This document shows, piece by piece, positions 47,390 through 57,643 of a DNA stretch of 64,000 nt. Source of the DNA: Candidatus Multivoradales bacterium (GTDB taxonomy: Bacteria > Acidobacteriota > Thermoanaerobaculia > Multivoradales > JAHEKO01). The position numbers and the translations under genes are program-made. The notes under the pieces are model-generated. The model was given only the letters and a program-made list of their open reading frames with translations, did no database searches and was not told where the DNA came from. The stretch is taken from the NCBI GenBank assembly GCA_965223155.1, contig CBDCVR010000014.1, forward strand, positions 32,001 to 96,000, given 5' to 3'. Numbering within the stretch: the stretch's first letter is position 1; each line of letters begins with the position of its first letter.

Positions 47390-48084
47390 CGAGAGTCCTC
47401 CGCCAAGTCCGGGCCAACCGCGTCCAGGAGCTGGCCGCCGCGGTACAACATCCAGAAGCCGACCATCTGTACGACATGGTACAGGTCGTTGTGGTTGAAA
47501 TGGGAGTGCAGAGACAGGCCGCTCGCTTGGATGAGGGCCGCCACCGCGCTCACCGCGACCGCCCCAACCAGCCAGCGCCCACCGGCCCAGCCCCCGCGGC
47601 TCAAGCTCCAGCCGGTCCAGGCGACGTAGAGCATCGCCGGCGCGTAGGCGGCCAGGACGAAGCGAAAGTCGTCGTGAAACAGCATCCAGAGGGCGTAGCC
47701 GGCGAACAGCAGGCCAAACGAGACAACCGCCAGGCGCCAGCCCTGACGCTGACTCTGGCGCTGACTCTGGCGCTGGCCCCGACTCTGGCCTCCGCCGGCC
47801 AGCATCGCCATGGCCGCCGCCATCAGGAAGCTCGCCAGGCCGACCGCCCAGAAGGTGACGCGCCAGAGCGCCCACACCTGCCCCGGCGTCAGGCGGTGCG
47901 CGAAGCCATGAACCGTGCCGCCCGCGAGCGCTGCCAGAGCGGCCGCCCAGAACGAGCACGCCCACACCGACCTGGGCCGGAGCCACCCGGCCCGCCCCTC
48001 GCCCCGCCGCCAGAGCGACCCTCCGAACCAGGCGCAGAGAGCCGCCAAAGCGTAGTCGGTGAGAACGGTGGTGGGCTCGAGCAT
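47386..48084 (-). CDS. Multi-pass membrane protein, DUF6962-like
   Basis: EP.T..TDY, GGTVHGF and FNHNDLYHVVQM motifs; about 7 hydrophobic segments. Confidence 0.7.
   Translation of the reverse strand: MLEPTTVLTDYALAALCAWFGGSLWRRGEGRAGWLRPRSVWACSFWAAALAALAGGTVHGFAHRLTPGQVWALWRVTFWAVGLASFLMAAAMAMLAGGGQSRGQRQSQRQSQRQGWRLAVVSFGLLFAGYALWMLFHDDFRFVLAAYAPAMLYVAWTGWSLSRGGWAGGRWLVGAVAVSAVAALIQASGLSLHSHFNHNDLYHVVQMVGFWMLYRGGQLLDAVGPDLAEDSR
47743..47790. repeat. In-frame 12-bp tandem repeat
   Basis: CGCTGACTCTGG twice plus degenerate copies; encodes QSRGQRQSQRQSQRQ. Confidence 0.7.
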
Positions 48085-48240
48085 CGACGCTACCGACCGG
48101 CGAGTCTACAGGCCGAGTCTCGGCCGAGAACAACCCCGCCCACGCGGCACCCGCACCCCGTACCCGGGACCCAGCGACCGGTGACGCCGCCCCGGTTGAC
48201 AGCCCCGCCGCCGCGTGCTCGCATAGCTCTCGGAGATCGA

Positions 48241-51200
48241 GTGCAACAGACCGAGCTTCAGTGGGGACCCGAGGCGCGCGCCGTCATCGCATCCGGTCCC
48301 AGGGTGGCGGAGCGCTTCCTGCTGGAGGAGCTGGACCGGATCCTCGACCGGAATCCGTTGGCCTTGCTGGGCGAGCCGGTGCGGCTGGTGGTGCCCTCGA
48401 AGAGTTTCAGACGGCATCTGCTCGAACGGCTGGTCGATCGGCGCGGACGAGCGATCGCCGGCCTGGACTGCGTCACCCACCACGGCCTGGCCTCGCGCAT
48501 CGCCGAAACGGCCGGGGCGGGAGGGCTTGCCTCCGTGGATCTCCTGCCCCTGGTGGCCCGGCGCCTGGCGCGCCGTGAGCGTTCGCTGGCGGCAACTCTG
48601 GACGACCTCGACGACGGCTACGCGGCTATCCTCACCTCGGTCATGGATCTGCTGGACGCGGGCCTGGACGAGGCCCATGTCGAGGCCCTGGTCGAGGCGC
48701 TCGAGGTCGAGGGCCCGGAGGTGGCAACGCGGCTCGAAGTCGAGCGGGCTCAGGCCCTCCTGCGGATCGCGGCCCAGGCCTCTCGCCGGCTGGCCGCCAG
48801 CGGCGCCGGGCGCAACTCGCACCTGCTGGCGCTGGCCGCCGAGCTCGTACAGCGAGCCCCCGAGGTCCTGCCCTCGACCACGGTCCTGGTCTACGGCTAC
48901 AACGACGCCACCGGCCTGACCACGGATCTGTTGCTGGCCCTCTTGAAGAACTACGGCGGCCTGATGGTCCTGGAGGATCCATCCGATCCGGCCGACCCGG
49001 AAACGCCCGACCCGGGACGGCGCTTCGCCCGCAACTTCCGGGCCCACGTCGAGACGGCGGTGCCCATCGAGCGGCTGGCGGAAAGGCCGCCGGAGTCCAC
49101 GCTGGCCCTGTTCGAAGCCGGCGGCACCGAGGCCGAGGTCCGGGAGGTGGCCCGGCGAGTGCAGAGGCTCGTGACTGCCGGCGTACGGCCCGAGCGCATC
49201 GGTGTCGTGGTGCGCCAGCTCGAACCCTACCGGCGCGCTCTCCGGGTCGAGCTCGACCGGTTGGCGGTGCCGTTCTCGGGCGTCGCGCGCTCGGGTCCTC
49301 TGGATCCTCGGGCTCTCGGCTTGACCGGGCTCCTCGACCTCCTCAAGCACCGGGAACGAACGCCGATCGAGCGCTGGCTCGACGCAGCGGGTCTGCGCGG
49401 CGCCGAGCGGGTCGACCTCGAAACCGGCCTCAACTCCCTCGGCGTCGCCCGCCTGGAGGAGGCCGCGCGCCTCGAGCCCGAGCGCTACGTGCACGCCGCC
49501 GGCCTGCCGCTGCCGGTTCGGACCGGCCTGCGAGCCGGCGCCCCCGAGTCCGGCAAGTCCGGCCGGGCCCGGAGCGGCGCCGGCCGCCGCTATCTCGCGA
49601 CCGAGCGTCTGAGCGCCGCCTGCGCTCAGGCGGCCCGGCTGCTCGAGCGCTTTGACGCCTGGGCCAGCGCCAAGCGCTTCGAAGAACACTCCGGCCATCT
49701 TGACGCCATGCTGCGCGACGACCTGAACCGAACCGAGGCCGACAACCCCGAAGCCCACACACCTGGCGGCGAGGTCGATTCCGGTATTGCCGCTGCGATC
49801 GGGGCCTTCGTCGCGAGCGTGCCCGCCGAGACCCGCCTCGACTTCGGCGAGTTCACCCGCCTCGCGGCCGCCGAGCTGCGGAGTTTCGGCGCCACCGAAT
49901 TGGGAGGATCGGGAGCCGGAGTCCAGGTTCTGGACGTCACCGAGGCGCGCTCGCGCACCTTCGAGCATCTGTTCGTGCTGGGCATGAACCGGGGCGTGTT
50001 CCCGCGCGTGGTCAAGGAGGACCCGCTTCTCCCCGACCGGCTTCGAGACGTCCTGGGCCGCCATGGTCACGGTGTCCTGCCCGATCTCCACCGCAAGCTC
50101 TCGGGCTTCGACGAGGAACGCTACCTATTCGCTCAGCTCCTGGGATCCAGTCCGGCAGTCACCCTGTCGTGGCTGGACGTGGATGACGAGCAGAACCTGC
50201 GCACTCCCTCGCCCCTGGTCGAGCGGCTGCGCTGCTCTCCGGGCCCAGCGGCCCGTTCCCCGGCCGGCTCAGCGGACGATGCGGCAGCCGCCGAGGGCGA
50301 ATCCGCCCTGCCGGTGGAGCGAGCACCCGGTCTGCTGCCGCCGGACGCCGCGGACGGCGAGCTCCCCGCCTCGGCGGTCGAGCGCGCCCTGAGCGAAGGG
50401 CTCTACGGCGGCCGGGAGCGCTTTGCCGCGGTGCTGCCTCTCGCCTTCGCGGAGAACCGGGCCGACGGCCGCGCGGGCGCCGCAGCCGAGCACGACACCC
50501 GGGCGCTCGCCGCCGCGCGCGTGCGCCTCCTGGACGAGTACGATCCGGTCCGCGGCACCGAGGCCGGCGAGGCCGCCTACGCCCGCTTGGGACCGTTCTT
50601 CGGACTCGTCGGCGCGGCCAGCGCGGAAGCTGATCCTCGCCACGGAGGCCGGCTCTTCGTGACTACGCTCGAAGCCATCGCGCGCTGCCCCTGGCGCACC
50701 TTCCTGGAGCGCCTCCTGCGGCTCGAGCCCCTACCCGACGCCCTCGAAGCGCTGCCGGCCGTCAGTCCACTGCTGATCGGCAATCTGGTCCACCGCACCC
50801 TCGACTCCATCGCCAACACCGGGCTCGAACGTCGAATCGATTCGGTCGAGGACGCCCGCTCGATCGAGGGTACCCGGCTCGGCTGGCCCAGCGGCGACGA
50901 GCTCGAGTCCCACCTGCGCCGGGCCGCCAAGGCCCTGGCTTTCGACGAAGGCATCGCTCTCGCCGGTTTCGACCGGGTGCTCGCCGACGTCGCCCGCGCC
51001 TATCTGGACGCCGCCCTCGAGACCGACTGGCTGGAGGCCGGCCCGGGCGAGCGTCCCGCCAGCCGCTTTCCGGTGGTGGCCAGCGAGATCTACGGCCGGC
51101 TCGACTGGCCCGAACCGGCGGCGGAGATCGCCTTCAAGGCCGATCGCCTGGACCGCAACGGCGACCGGCTGCTCTTTACCGACTACAAGACCGGCAAGGG

Positions 51201-51690
51201 GCTGCGCGGTCCCCGCTACCAGACCCAGACCCGGCGGCTCCTGATCGATGGCGTGCGCGCCGGCGAGCTGCTCCAGGCGGCCCTCTACGCGCGTGCCGGC
51301 GGCGGCGAGGAAGACGCTGGACGCTACCTCTTCCTGAATCCCCTCCTGCCGCCCGACCGCGAACGGGAAGTCCTGGTGCGCGCCAACGACGACGAGATCG
51401 CCGCGCTCGTCGACCGCGCCGTCGCCGCCACCCTCGGCGCCTGGCGCGAGGGCGCCTTCTTCCCGCGGCTGGCGGAGCCCGACCGCAACGCCGAGCCGGT
51501 CTTGTGTCGCTACTGCGACGTGGCCGAAGCGTGCTTGCGAGGCGACTCGACCCAGCGCGGACGCATTCGAGGCTGGGTCGAGCGCCTTCGCGACGGCGTC
51601 ACGGCCGCCGATGAAGACGGAACCCGCGCCGGGCGAGACCGTGCCGCCACCGCCACCTGGTACCTGGCCGACCCGAGTTTCGAGGCCTGA
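48241..51690 (+). CDS. addB: AddB-like subunit: degenerate helicase domain plus PD-(D/E)XK nuclease with Fe-S Cys
   Basis: RCPWRTFLERLL, KADRLD, TDYKTG, LQAALY and CRYCDVAEAC; adjacent to AddA. Start uncertain; the ORF-track extension to 47257 overlaps other genes. Confidence 0.85.
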   Translation: MQQTELQWGPEARAVIASGPRVAERFLLEELDRILDRNPLALLGEPVRLVVPSKSFRRHLLERLVDRRGRAIAGLDCVTHHGLASRIAETAGAGGLASVDLLPLVARRLARRERSLAATLDDLDDGYAAILTSVMDLLDAGLDEAHVEALVEALEVEGPEVATRLEVERAQALLRIAAQASRRLAASGAGRNSHLLALAAELVQRAPEVLPSTTVLVYGYNDATGLTTDLLLALLKNYGGLMVLEDPSDPADPETPDPGRRFARNFRAHVETAVPIERLAERPPESTLALFEAGGTEAEVREVARRVQRLVTAGVRPERIGVVVRQLEPYRRALRVELDRLAVPFSGVARSGPLDPRALGLTGLLDLLKHRERTPIERWLDAAGLRGAERVDLETGLNSLGVARLEEAARLEPERYVHAAGLPLPVRTGLRAGAPESGKSGRARSGAGRRYLATERLSAACAQAARLLERFDAWASAKRFEEHSGHLDAMLRDDLNRTEADNPEAHTPGGEVDSGIAAAIGAFVASVPAETRLDFGEFTRLAAAELRSFGATELGGSGAGVQVLDVTEARSRTFEHLFVLGMNRGVFPRVVKEDPLLPDRLRDVLGRHGHGVLPDLHRKLSGFDEERYLFAQLLGSSPAVTLSWLDVDDEQNLRTPSPLVERLRCSPGPAARSPAGSADDAAAAEGESALPVERAPGLLPPDAADGELPASAVERALSEGLYGGRERFAAVLPLAFAENRADGRAGAAAEHDTRALAAARVRLLDEYDPVRGTEAGEAAYARLGPFFGLVGAASAEADPRHGGRLFVTTLEAIARCPWRTFLERLLRLEPLPDALEALPAVSPLLIGNLVHRTLDSIANTGLERRIDSVEDARSIEGTRLGWPSGDELESHLRRAAKALAFDEGIALAGFDRVLADVARAYLDAALETDWLEAGPGERPASRFPVVASEIYGRLDWPEPAAEIAFKADRLDRNGDRLLFTDYKTGKGLRGPRYQTQTRRLLIDGVRAGELLQAALYARAGGGEEDAGRYLFLNPLLPPDREREVLVRANDDEIAALVDRAVAATLGAWREGAFFPRLAEPDRNAEPVLCRYCDVAEACLRGDSTQRGRIRGWVERLRDGVTAADEDGTRAGRDRAATATWYLADPSFEA

Positions 51691-51691
51691 G

Positions 51692-54600
51692 ATGTCCGGT
51701 TCCGCAGACACACCGACTTCCGGCACCATGGATCTCGCCCAAGCCCAAGCCCAAGCCCGAGCCCAAGCCCAAGCCGATGACGCTCGCGCCCGGCTCAGCG
51801 CCCAGACGGTTTTCGATCGACCGGTGGTCGTGGAAGCCGGGGCCGGCACCGGCAAGACCAGCATCCTGGTCGCCCGCGTCCTGGGCTGGACGCTGGGCGC
51901 GGGCTGGGCCGAGGCCCAAACCGATCTGACCGCCGCTCTCGCGGCGGCGCACGAGTCCGGCAATCCCGAAGGCGGCCGGCCCGAGTCCGAGGCCCGACCG
52001 GACCCCGGGGACGTGGCCGCCCGAGTGCTGGACGGAGTCGTGGCCCTCACCTTCACCGAGGCCGCGGCCGCCGAGATGGCCTCGCGCATCGCGTCCGCTC
52101 TGGCGACGCTCGCCCGCGGAGCGTCTCTGGGACCGGCGTTCGCCCCCGAAGCGCTCGCCGGCGATCCCGGCGCCGAAGTGCTGGCGGCCCGCGCGCGCGC
52201 GCTCCTGGGCCAGCTCGACCGGCTCACCGCCTGTACCATCCATGCCTTCTGCTACACCGTGCTGCGCCGGCACCCGCTCGAAGCCGGCCTCCATCCGGAC
52301 TTTGTCATCGACGCTCGGGGCGAGCGCCTGGAAGAGATCGTGCGCGGGGTGGTGGAAGACGCGGTCAAGAGCGCCTACGCCACCAGCGACCCCGCAGATC
52401 CCCTGATCCGGCTGGCGACCTCCGGCCAGACCCCGCAACGGCTCGCCGAGGCGCTCCGCTACTTCGCCTTCGAGGGCGTCCCGTCGAGGGGCCTCGAGGC
52501 CGATCCCTTCGAGCGTGACGTCATGATCGGCCTGGCCACGGATCTGCTAGACGACCTCGAGGCGTTTCTGGAGCTGACAGCCGGCGACCTGGCCGGCATC
52601 AAGCGGACCGTGAATCCCAAGCGAGCCGAGGAGGCCGCCAGCGCCAGCGCCGCCGCGGTGCGCGAAGCCCTGGACACGGTGGGCTCCGGGGCCGGCAGCG
52701 GTCTGGCGCTGGTGACCGGCCTGGCCGCCACGTTGACCTCGATCTGGGAACCCAAGGCCTGGAGCCATTGGAAGAAGTGGGCCAAGGGCTCGTTCGGCAA
52801 GGGCGAAGCGGAGACCCTGGGGGATCGGCAGGACCGCGTCGCTCGCCTTGCCGAGAAAATCCGCCGCCCAATTGCCTATCTCCGCAAGGCCTCGCCCGAG
52901 CTCTTCGACGCCGGTCGCCGCTGCTTGGAGCCGCTCTTGGCCCGCGTCGAGGCCGAGGCTCGAACCGCCGGCGTCGTGAACTTCCAGGCCCTGCTGCGCG
53001 ACGCCCAGGCGCTCCTGGCCGAGCATCCGGGCACGTTGCGCTACGAGCGCGGCCGCATCCGGCAGCTCCTGGTGGACGAGTTTCAAGACACCGACAAGCT
53101 CCAGTGCGACATCGTCCGCCGCCTGGCGCTGACCGGCGACCCGGCCGGCGAGGACGCCGGGGCCGGACAGCTCGGATTGTTTCTGGTCGGCGATCCGAAG
53201 CAGTCCATTTACGGTTGGCGCAACGCCGACCTCGCGGCCTATGAGAGCTTGGTCGAGCTGGCCGTCGAGGCCGGCGGCGAACGCTTCGCCCTGGTTCGCA
53301 ACTTCCGCTCCCGCCCAGAGATCCTGACCGAGGTGGAACGGGCGGTCGCTCCGGTCATGATGGCCGAGCCTGGCGTCCAGCCCGGTTTCGAGCCGCTGAT
53401 CGCAAGCGCGGCAGCGGACGAAGCGGAGGCCGCGGATCCCGGAAGCTCCCCGGTCGAGTTCTGGATCTCCTGGCACCCGGACCAGGGCGGCACCACCCGG
53501 CACGGTGAAGCCGCCGAGATCGAGGCGCGGGCGATCGCCGAGGACCTGGAACGGCTCCACGCCTCCGGAGTCCGCTGGAAGGACTGCGCGTTGCTGATGC
53601 GCAACGCCAGCCGGGTAGACACCTATCTGGAGGCGTTTCGCGACCGGGCCGTGCCATTCGTGGTCACCAGCGACAAGCAGTACTTCCGCCGGCGCGAGGT
53701 CATCGACGCCGCAGCTCTGATCCGCACCGTGATCGCGCCGGCCGACCACGTCGCCCTGGTGACCTTCCTCCGCTCCCCGGTGGTGGGCGTGCCGGACGCG
53801 GCCCTCATCCCGCTCTGGAGCCGCGAGCTTCCCCGCCTCCTCACCGAGCTGGACGGAACCGATCCCGAAATCAACCTCCGGCTCGACGCGATCGAGGCGG
53901 TCGTTCGGGAGGCTGCCGGTGAAGTACCGGCCGACCTGCCGGGCCTGAAGGCGCTGGCCGGCTGGGAGGAAGCCGCCGTGTTCGCGATCAGGGCGCTGGC
54001 CGAGCTGCGCCGGTCGGCCGCCGAAGAACCCGCCGACCGCTTCCTGGAGCGCCTCCGGCGAACTCTCCTCCAGGAGGCCACCGAAGCGGCCCGGTACCTG
54101 GGCCGCTACCGTGTCGCCAACCTGGCCCGCCTCTTCCGCACCGTCGAGGCGGGCCTCGAGCAACAGCGCGGCGACTACCGCTCGGTCCTGCGCTTGCTCC
54201 GGCGCAGCATCTCGATGGCGCTCGACGCCGAGGAGGCCCTGCCCCGCGAAGCCGCGGAAGACGCCGTCCAGGTCATGACCATCCACAAGGCCAAGGGACT
54301 CGAGTTCGACCACGTCTACCTGGCCCAGCTTCACGCGCAAGGGCAGTCGTCGGAGCGCTCGCCGCTCGACGCCGACCGGGGCTGGACCGGCTCCGGCCCC
54401 CTCGAGCTGGTGCTCTTCGACCAGGCCACTCTCGGCTTCGAGGCGGTCGAGCGCCACCGCGAGCGCGTCGCCGCCGCCGAGCAGGTGCGCACCCTCTACG
54501 TCGCCATGACCCGCGCCCGGAAGCGCCTGGTTCTGGTCGGCAACTGGCCGGATCCCCCCAAGCGAGGACGGAGCAAGCAGCCGACCTATGTCGATCTTCT

Positions 54601-55531
54601 GCGTTCTCGCGCCGGCCTCCCGGCCTCGCTCGCCGATCTGGGAGAAACCGCCGGAGTGCTTCGCGAAGGCGTGGTTGACGCCGAGGGAGTGCGCTGGCGC
54701 TTCCCCGGCCTGAGCGCCGGCGAGCCGGAAGCGCCTTCCCCGCCGCCGGCCCGACCTCCCCTGTCTCGCGCGGACCTGGCCGGCATCGCCAAGGCCTCGG
54801 ACGAGCTCTTGGAGCGGCGGCGGCGGGCGCGCCGTCACCGAGATCGACCGCTTTTTTCGGGCGCGGCCGTAGGGCACGACTTGGAAAACCCGGAAACGCC
54901 GCCGGACTCCGGGCCGGCTGGGCCCCGGGAAGGTCCGGCCCAGCCCGACGCCCACGGGGTCGATCGAACGATCGCGCTCGCCCTCGGCGAAACTATCCAC
55001 GCCGCCCTCCAGGCGTGGGACTTCTACCGTCCCATCGAGTCCGAGCGCCGGCGCCACCTCCGGCGGGGCCACGCCGCCCTCGCAACCAAGGGGCTGGGGC
55101 CGCGGCTCGACCGGGCCCGCGAGCTTTACGACGAGATGCTCGGGCGCCTGGCCTCCGGGAGCCTGCTCGAGCGCCTGGTCGAGTCCCCGGACCAGGTCGT
55201 GGCCCGCGAGTGTCCGGTGCTGCTGCCGGCCGGCGCCGGCGAGCCGGCGGGCCCGATCGTGGCCGTGAGCGGCATCGTGGACTTGGTGCTGCGCGGCAGC
55301 GACGGCCGCTACACCGTGGTCGACTTCAAGACCGACCGGCTCGAAGACGGTGACGAGCTCGAGCGCCGCGCCGCCGTCTACGCCGGGCAGCTCGACACCT
55401 ACGCCACCGCGCTCGCCCAGGCCCTGGACCTGGAGGACCCGCCCGGGCAGGAGCTTTGGTTTCTCTGGCCCGACCGCTCCTGGACGCCGGCGGGGCCGGC
55501 CGGCGCCCGGCAGTCTGACCCCCGAGCCTGA
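51692..55531 (+). CDS. addA: AddA-like UvrD helicase-nuclease
   Basis: EAGAGTGKT, TFTEAAA, TIHAFC, VDEFQDT, GDPKQSIY, TIHKAKGLEF, LYVAMTRAR, GIVDL and VDFKT motifs. Confidence 0.92.
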   Translation: MSGSADTPTSGTMDLAQAQAQARAQAQADDARARLSAQTVFDRPVVVEAGAGTGKTSILVARVLGWTLGAGWAEAQTDLTAALAAAHESGNPEGGRPESEARPDPGDVAARVLDGVVALTFTEAAAAEMASRIASALATLARGASLGPAFAPEALAGDPGAEVLAARARALLGQLDRLTACTIHAFCYTVLRRHPLEAGLHPDFVIDARGERLEEIVRGVVEDAVKSAYATSDPADPLIRLATSGQTPQRLAEALRYFAFEGVPSRGLEADPFERDVMIGLATDLLDDLEAFLELTAGDLAGIKRTVNPKRAEEAASASAAAVREALDTVGSGAGSGLALVTGLAATLTSIWEPKAWSHWKKWAKGSFGKGEAETLGDRQDRVARLAEKIRRPIAYLRKASPELFDAGRRCLEPLLARVEAEARTAGVVNFQALLRDAQALLAEHPGTLRYERGRIRQLLVDEFQDTDKLQCDIVRRLALTGDPAGEDAGAGQLGLFLVGDPKQSIYGWRNADLAAYESLVELAVEAGGERFALVRNFRSRPEILTEVERAVAPVMMAEPGVQPGFEPLIASAAADEAEAADPGSSPVEFWISWHPDQGGTTRHGEAAEIEARAIAEDLERLHASGVRWKDCALLMRNASRVDTYLEAFRDRAVPFVVTSDKQYFRRREVIDAAALIRTVIAPADHVALVTFLRSPVVGVPDAALIPLWSRELPRLLTELDGTDPEINLRLDAIEAVVREAAGEVPADLPGLKALAGWEEAAVFAIRALAELRRSAAEEPADRFLERLRRTLLQEATEAARYLGRYRVANLARLFRTVEAGLEQQRGDYRSVLRLLRRSISMALDAEEALPREAAEDAVQVMTIHKAKGLEFDHVYLAQLHAQGQSSERSPLDADRGWTGSGPLELVLFDQATLGFEAVERHRERVAAAEQVRTLYVAMTRARKRLVLVGNWPDPPKRGRSKQPTYVDLLRSRAGLPASLADLGETAGVLREGVVDAEGVRWRFPGLSAGEPEAPSPPPARPPLSRADLAGIAKASDELLERRRRARRHRDRPLFSGAAVGHDLENPETPPDSGPAGPREGPAQPDAHGVDRTIALALGETIHAALQAWDFYRPIESERRRHLRRGHAALATKGLGPRLDRARELYDEMLGRLASGSLLERLVESPDQVVARECPVLLPAGAGEPAGPIVAVSGIVDLVLRGSDGRYTVVDFKTDRLEDGDELERRAAVYAGQLDTYATALAQALDLEDPPGQELWFLWPDRSWTPAGPAGARQSDPRA
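51737..51775 (+). repeat. In-frame hexamer repeat (GCCCAA)x6
   Basis: GCCCAA x3, GCCCGA, GCCCAA x2, GCC; encodes AQAQAQARAQAQA. Confidence 0.85.
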
Positions 55532-55649
55532 CGGTTCGCGGCCGGCCACGGATCGAGCAGAGATCGGCCAGAACCCGCCGGGAAGCAAGCGACGCGGCCT
55601 TCGCCGCCAAGAGTTCCGGAATGGAACCTCAGCGAGGTAAGCTCTCGCG

Positions 55650-56462
55650 ATGCCCATTCACGCTGTCTCGTCGAAGCTCCGCCGCCGGATTCTGACTCCG
55701 TTCTTGGCCACCGCGCTGGTGGCGATCTGCGCAACGCCGGCGGCCGACGCCTCCGATCACTCCTGGCTCAATTTCGAGGCGCGCCAGTGGAGCGCCGAGC
55801 CCAGCGGCACGCTCGGCTTCGACGCCGCCTTTCTGAGCCAGACGGTGGATCTGACTGGAGATCTGGGCTTCGAGGAGGACGAGGCGCTCGAAGGCCGGCT
55901 GCTCTTCCGGCCCTCGCGCCGCACCCTGATCCGGGTCGGCTACCTGCCCGAGCTGGCGCTGTCGGGGGATTCGGTGTTCGAGCGCTCGTTTCAATTCTTG
56001 AACCAGACGTTCACCGTTTCGGAACGGGCGGTGTCGAGCCTCGAGATCGAGTACGGCCGCCTCGGCTTCGGATGGCAGTTGCTCTCTCTGGCCGAGGGCC
56101 GGCTCCGGTTCGGCCCCTTCATCGAAGCCAAGGGCTTTCGCGGCACCGCCGCTCTCGCCTTCCCGGAGGCCGAGCCGGCGGTGACTCGAAGCGACGAGTT
56201 CGAGACCGGCTTCGCCACGGCCGGAGTCATCGCCAACTGGGACCTCACCGACCGCCTGGAGCTTTTTGGCGAGACCACCCTCTTCGTCGAGGTCGACGAC
56301 GGCGATCTGACCGACACCGAGTACGGCCTGCGCTACCGCCCCCTGGACTACCTGGGCCTGGTCGTCGGCGTGCGGACCCTGGAGGTCGAGATCGCCGAGA
56401 ACGGGCAATCCCTGGTGCTGGAGCTGGACGGCATGTTCTTCGGCCTCAGCTTCCATCTCTAG
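55650..56462 (+). CDS. Probable outer-membrane beta-barrel protein
   Basis: Signal peptide, alternating hydrophobic strands and C-terminal DGMFFGLSFHL. Confidence 0.7.
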   Translation: MPIHAVSSKLRRRILTPFLATALVAICATPAADASDHSWLNFEARQWSAEPSGTLGFDAAFLSQTVDLTGDLGFEEDEALEGRLLFRPSRRTLIRVGYLPELALSGDSVFERSFQFLNQTFTVSERAVSSLEIEYGRLGFGWQLLSLAEGRLRFGPFIEAKGFRGTAALAFPEAEPAVTRSDEFETGFATAGVIANWDLTDRLELFGETTLFVEVDDGDLTDTEYGLRYRPLDYLGLVVGVRTLEVEIAENGQSLVLELDGMFFGLSFHL

Positions 56463-56468
56463 CAGGCC

Positions 56469-57626
56469 GTGGCGCCCGGCGCACCGCTCCCGGAGTCGAG
56501 CGAGCCACCGGCCCGACGGCTCGCCGATCTGCCGACGCCGGCCCTGGTACTGGACCTCGACCGCCTGGAGCGAAACATCGAGGCGATGGCCGCGAAATGC
56601 CGCCGGCTGGGCGTCGACCTGCGCCCGCACGTCAAGACCCACAAGTGTCCGCCCATCGCGGCGCTCCAGACCGCGGCCGGAGCCCGTGGAATCACCGTCG
56701 CCACGCTTCAGGAGGCCCGCATCTTCGCCGACGCCGGCTTCGAGGACATCACCTGGGCCTTCCCGGTGATCCTGTCCCGGCTGGACGAAGTCCGCGAGCT
56801 GGCAAGCGAAGTTCGACTCGGCCTGGTCGCCGACTCGCCAACCGCCATCGACGCCCTCGAAGCCCTGGACTCGCCCCTCAGCGTCTACCTCAAAGTGGAC
56901 TGCGGCTACCACCGCGCGGGAGTCGATCCGGGTGAGGACTCGGCGGTGGCGCTGGCCCGGCGCCTGGCCTCTTCGGCTCGTTTGGAGTTCGCCGGCATCC
57001 TCAGTCACGCCGGCCACTCCTACGCGGCGCCCGGGGTCGAGCGCCTGGCCGCCGTGGCCGAAGGAGAGCGCGCGGTCATGGCCGGCTTCGCGGAGCGCCT
57101 GCGCGGGGATGGCGTCGAGGTTCCGGTGGTCTCGGTCGGCTCGACGCCGGGCATGTCGGCGGTCCGTGATCTCACCGGCATCGACGAGGTCAGGCCCGGA
57201 AACTACGTCTTCTTCGACGGGATCCAGGTGGAGCTGGGCTCTTGCCGGGTCGAGGAATGCGCATTGACCGTTCTGACTTCGGTCGTATCCCGGAGCTCGG
57301 GGCACGCGATCGTGGATGCCGGCGCGCTGGCGCTATCCAAGGACGCCGGTCTGGATCGCCCGGGAGCGGCCCCGAGGTACGGCACCGCCTTCGCCGACTA
57401 TGACCGTGGCCGGCTCGATCCGGAGCTCCACTTGACCGGCCTCTCCCAGGAGCATGGCAGGCTGTCCGTGCCCCGGCCCGTGGGCGAGACGATCCGGATC
57501 CTGCCCCGGCACTCCTGCCTCACCGCGGCTCAGTTCGACACCTACGTCCTGGCTCGGGGTGACAAGGTCGTCGGCCTCTGGCCGGTCGAGCGGCAGCGCG
57601 ATCCGCGTCCGCCAGCCGCGTCCTGA
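56469..57626 (+). CDS. Fold-type III PLP enzyme (D-threonine aldolase / D-serine dehydratase-like)
   Basis: TPALVLD, RPHVKTHK, HAGHSY, GSTP, EVRPGNYVF, SQEHG and HSC motifs. Confidence 0.9.
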   Translation: MAPGAPLPESSEPPARRLADLPTPALVLDLDRLERNIEAMAAKCRRLGVDLRPHVKTHKCPPIAALQTAAGARGITVATLQEARIFADAGFEDITWAFPVILSRLDEVRELASEVRLGLVADSPTAIDALEALDSPLSVYLKVDCGYHRAGVDPGEDSAVALARRLASSARLEFAGILSHAGHSYAAPGVERLAAVAEGERAVMAGFAERLRGDGVEVPVVSVGSTPGMSAVRDLTGIDEVRPGNYVFFDGIQVELGSCRVEECALTVLTSVVSRSSGHAIVDAGALALSKDAGLDRPGAAPRYGTAFADYDRGRLDPELHLTGLSQEHGRLSVPRPVGETIRILPRHSCLTAAQFDTYVLARGDKVVGLWPVERQRDPRPPAAS

Positions 57627-57643
57627 GCGCGCCGCGGCCCGGC

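Noticed and set aside
47257-48240. Long N-terminal extensions of AddB and of the efflux adaptor in the ORF track
   Set aside because: They overlap the DUF6962-like gene; better starts are at 48241 and 47389.
48241-55531. Helicase plus Cas4-like nuclease as a defence or CRISPR system
   Set aside because: Order, size and motifs match housekeeping AddAB; no array or cas genes are nearby.
52547-55657. 1036-aa antisense ORF and other long shadow ORFs (48106-50091, 50731-52239, 55629-57305)
   Set aside because: Expected in high-GC coding DNA; no motifs, and fully overlapping well-supported genes.
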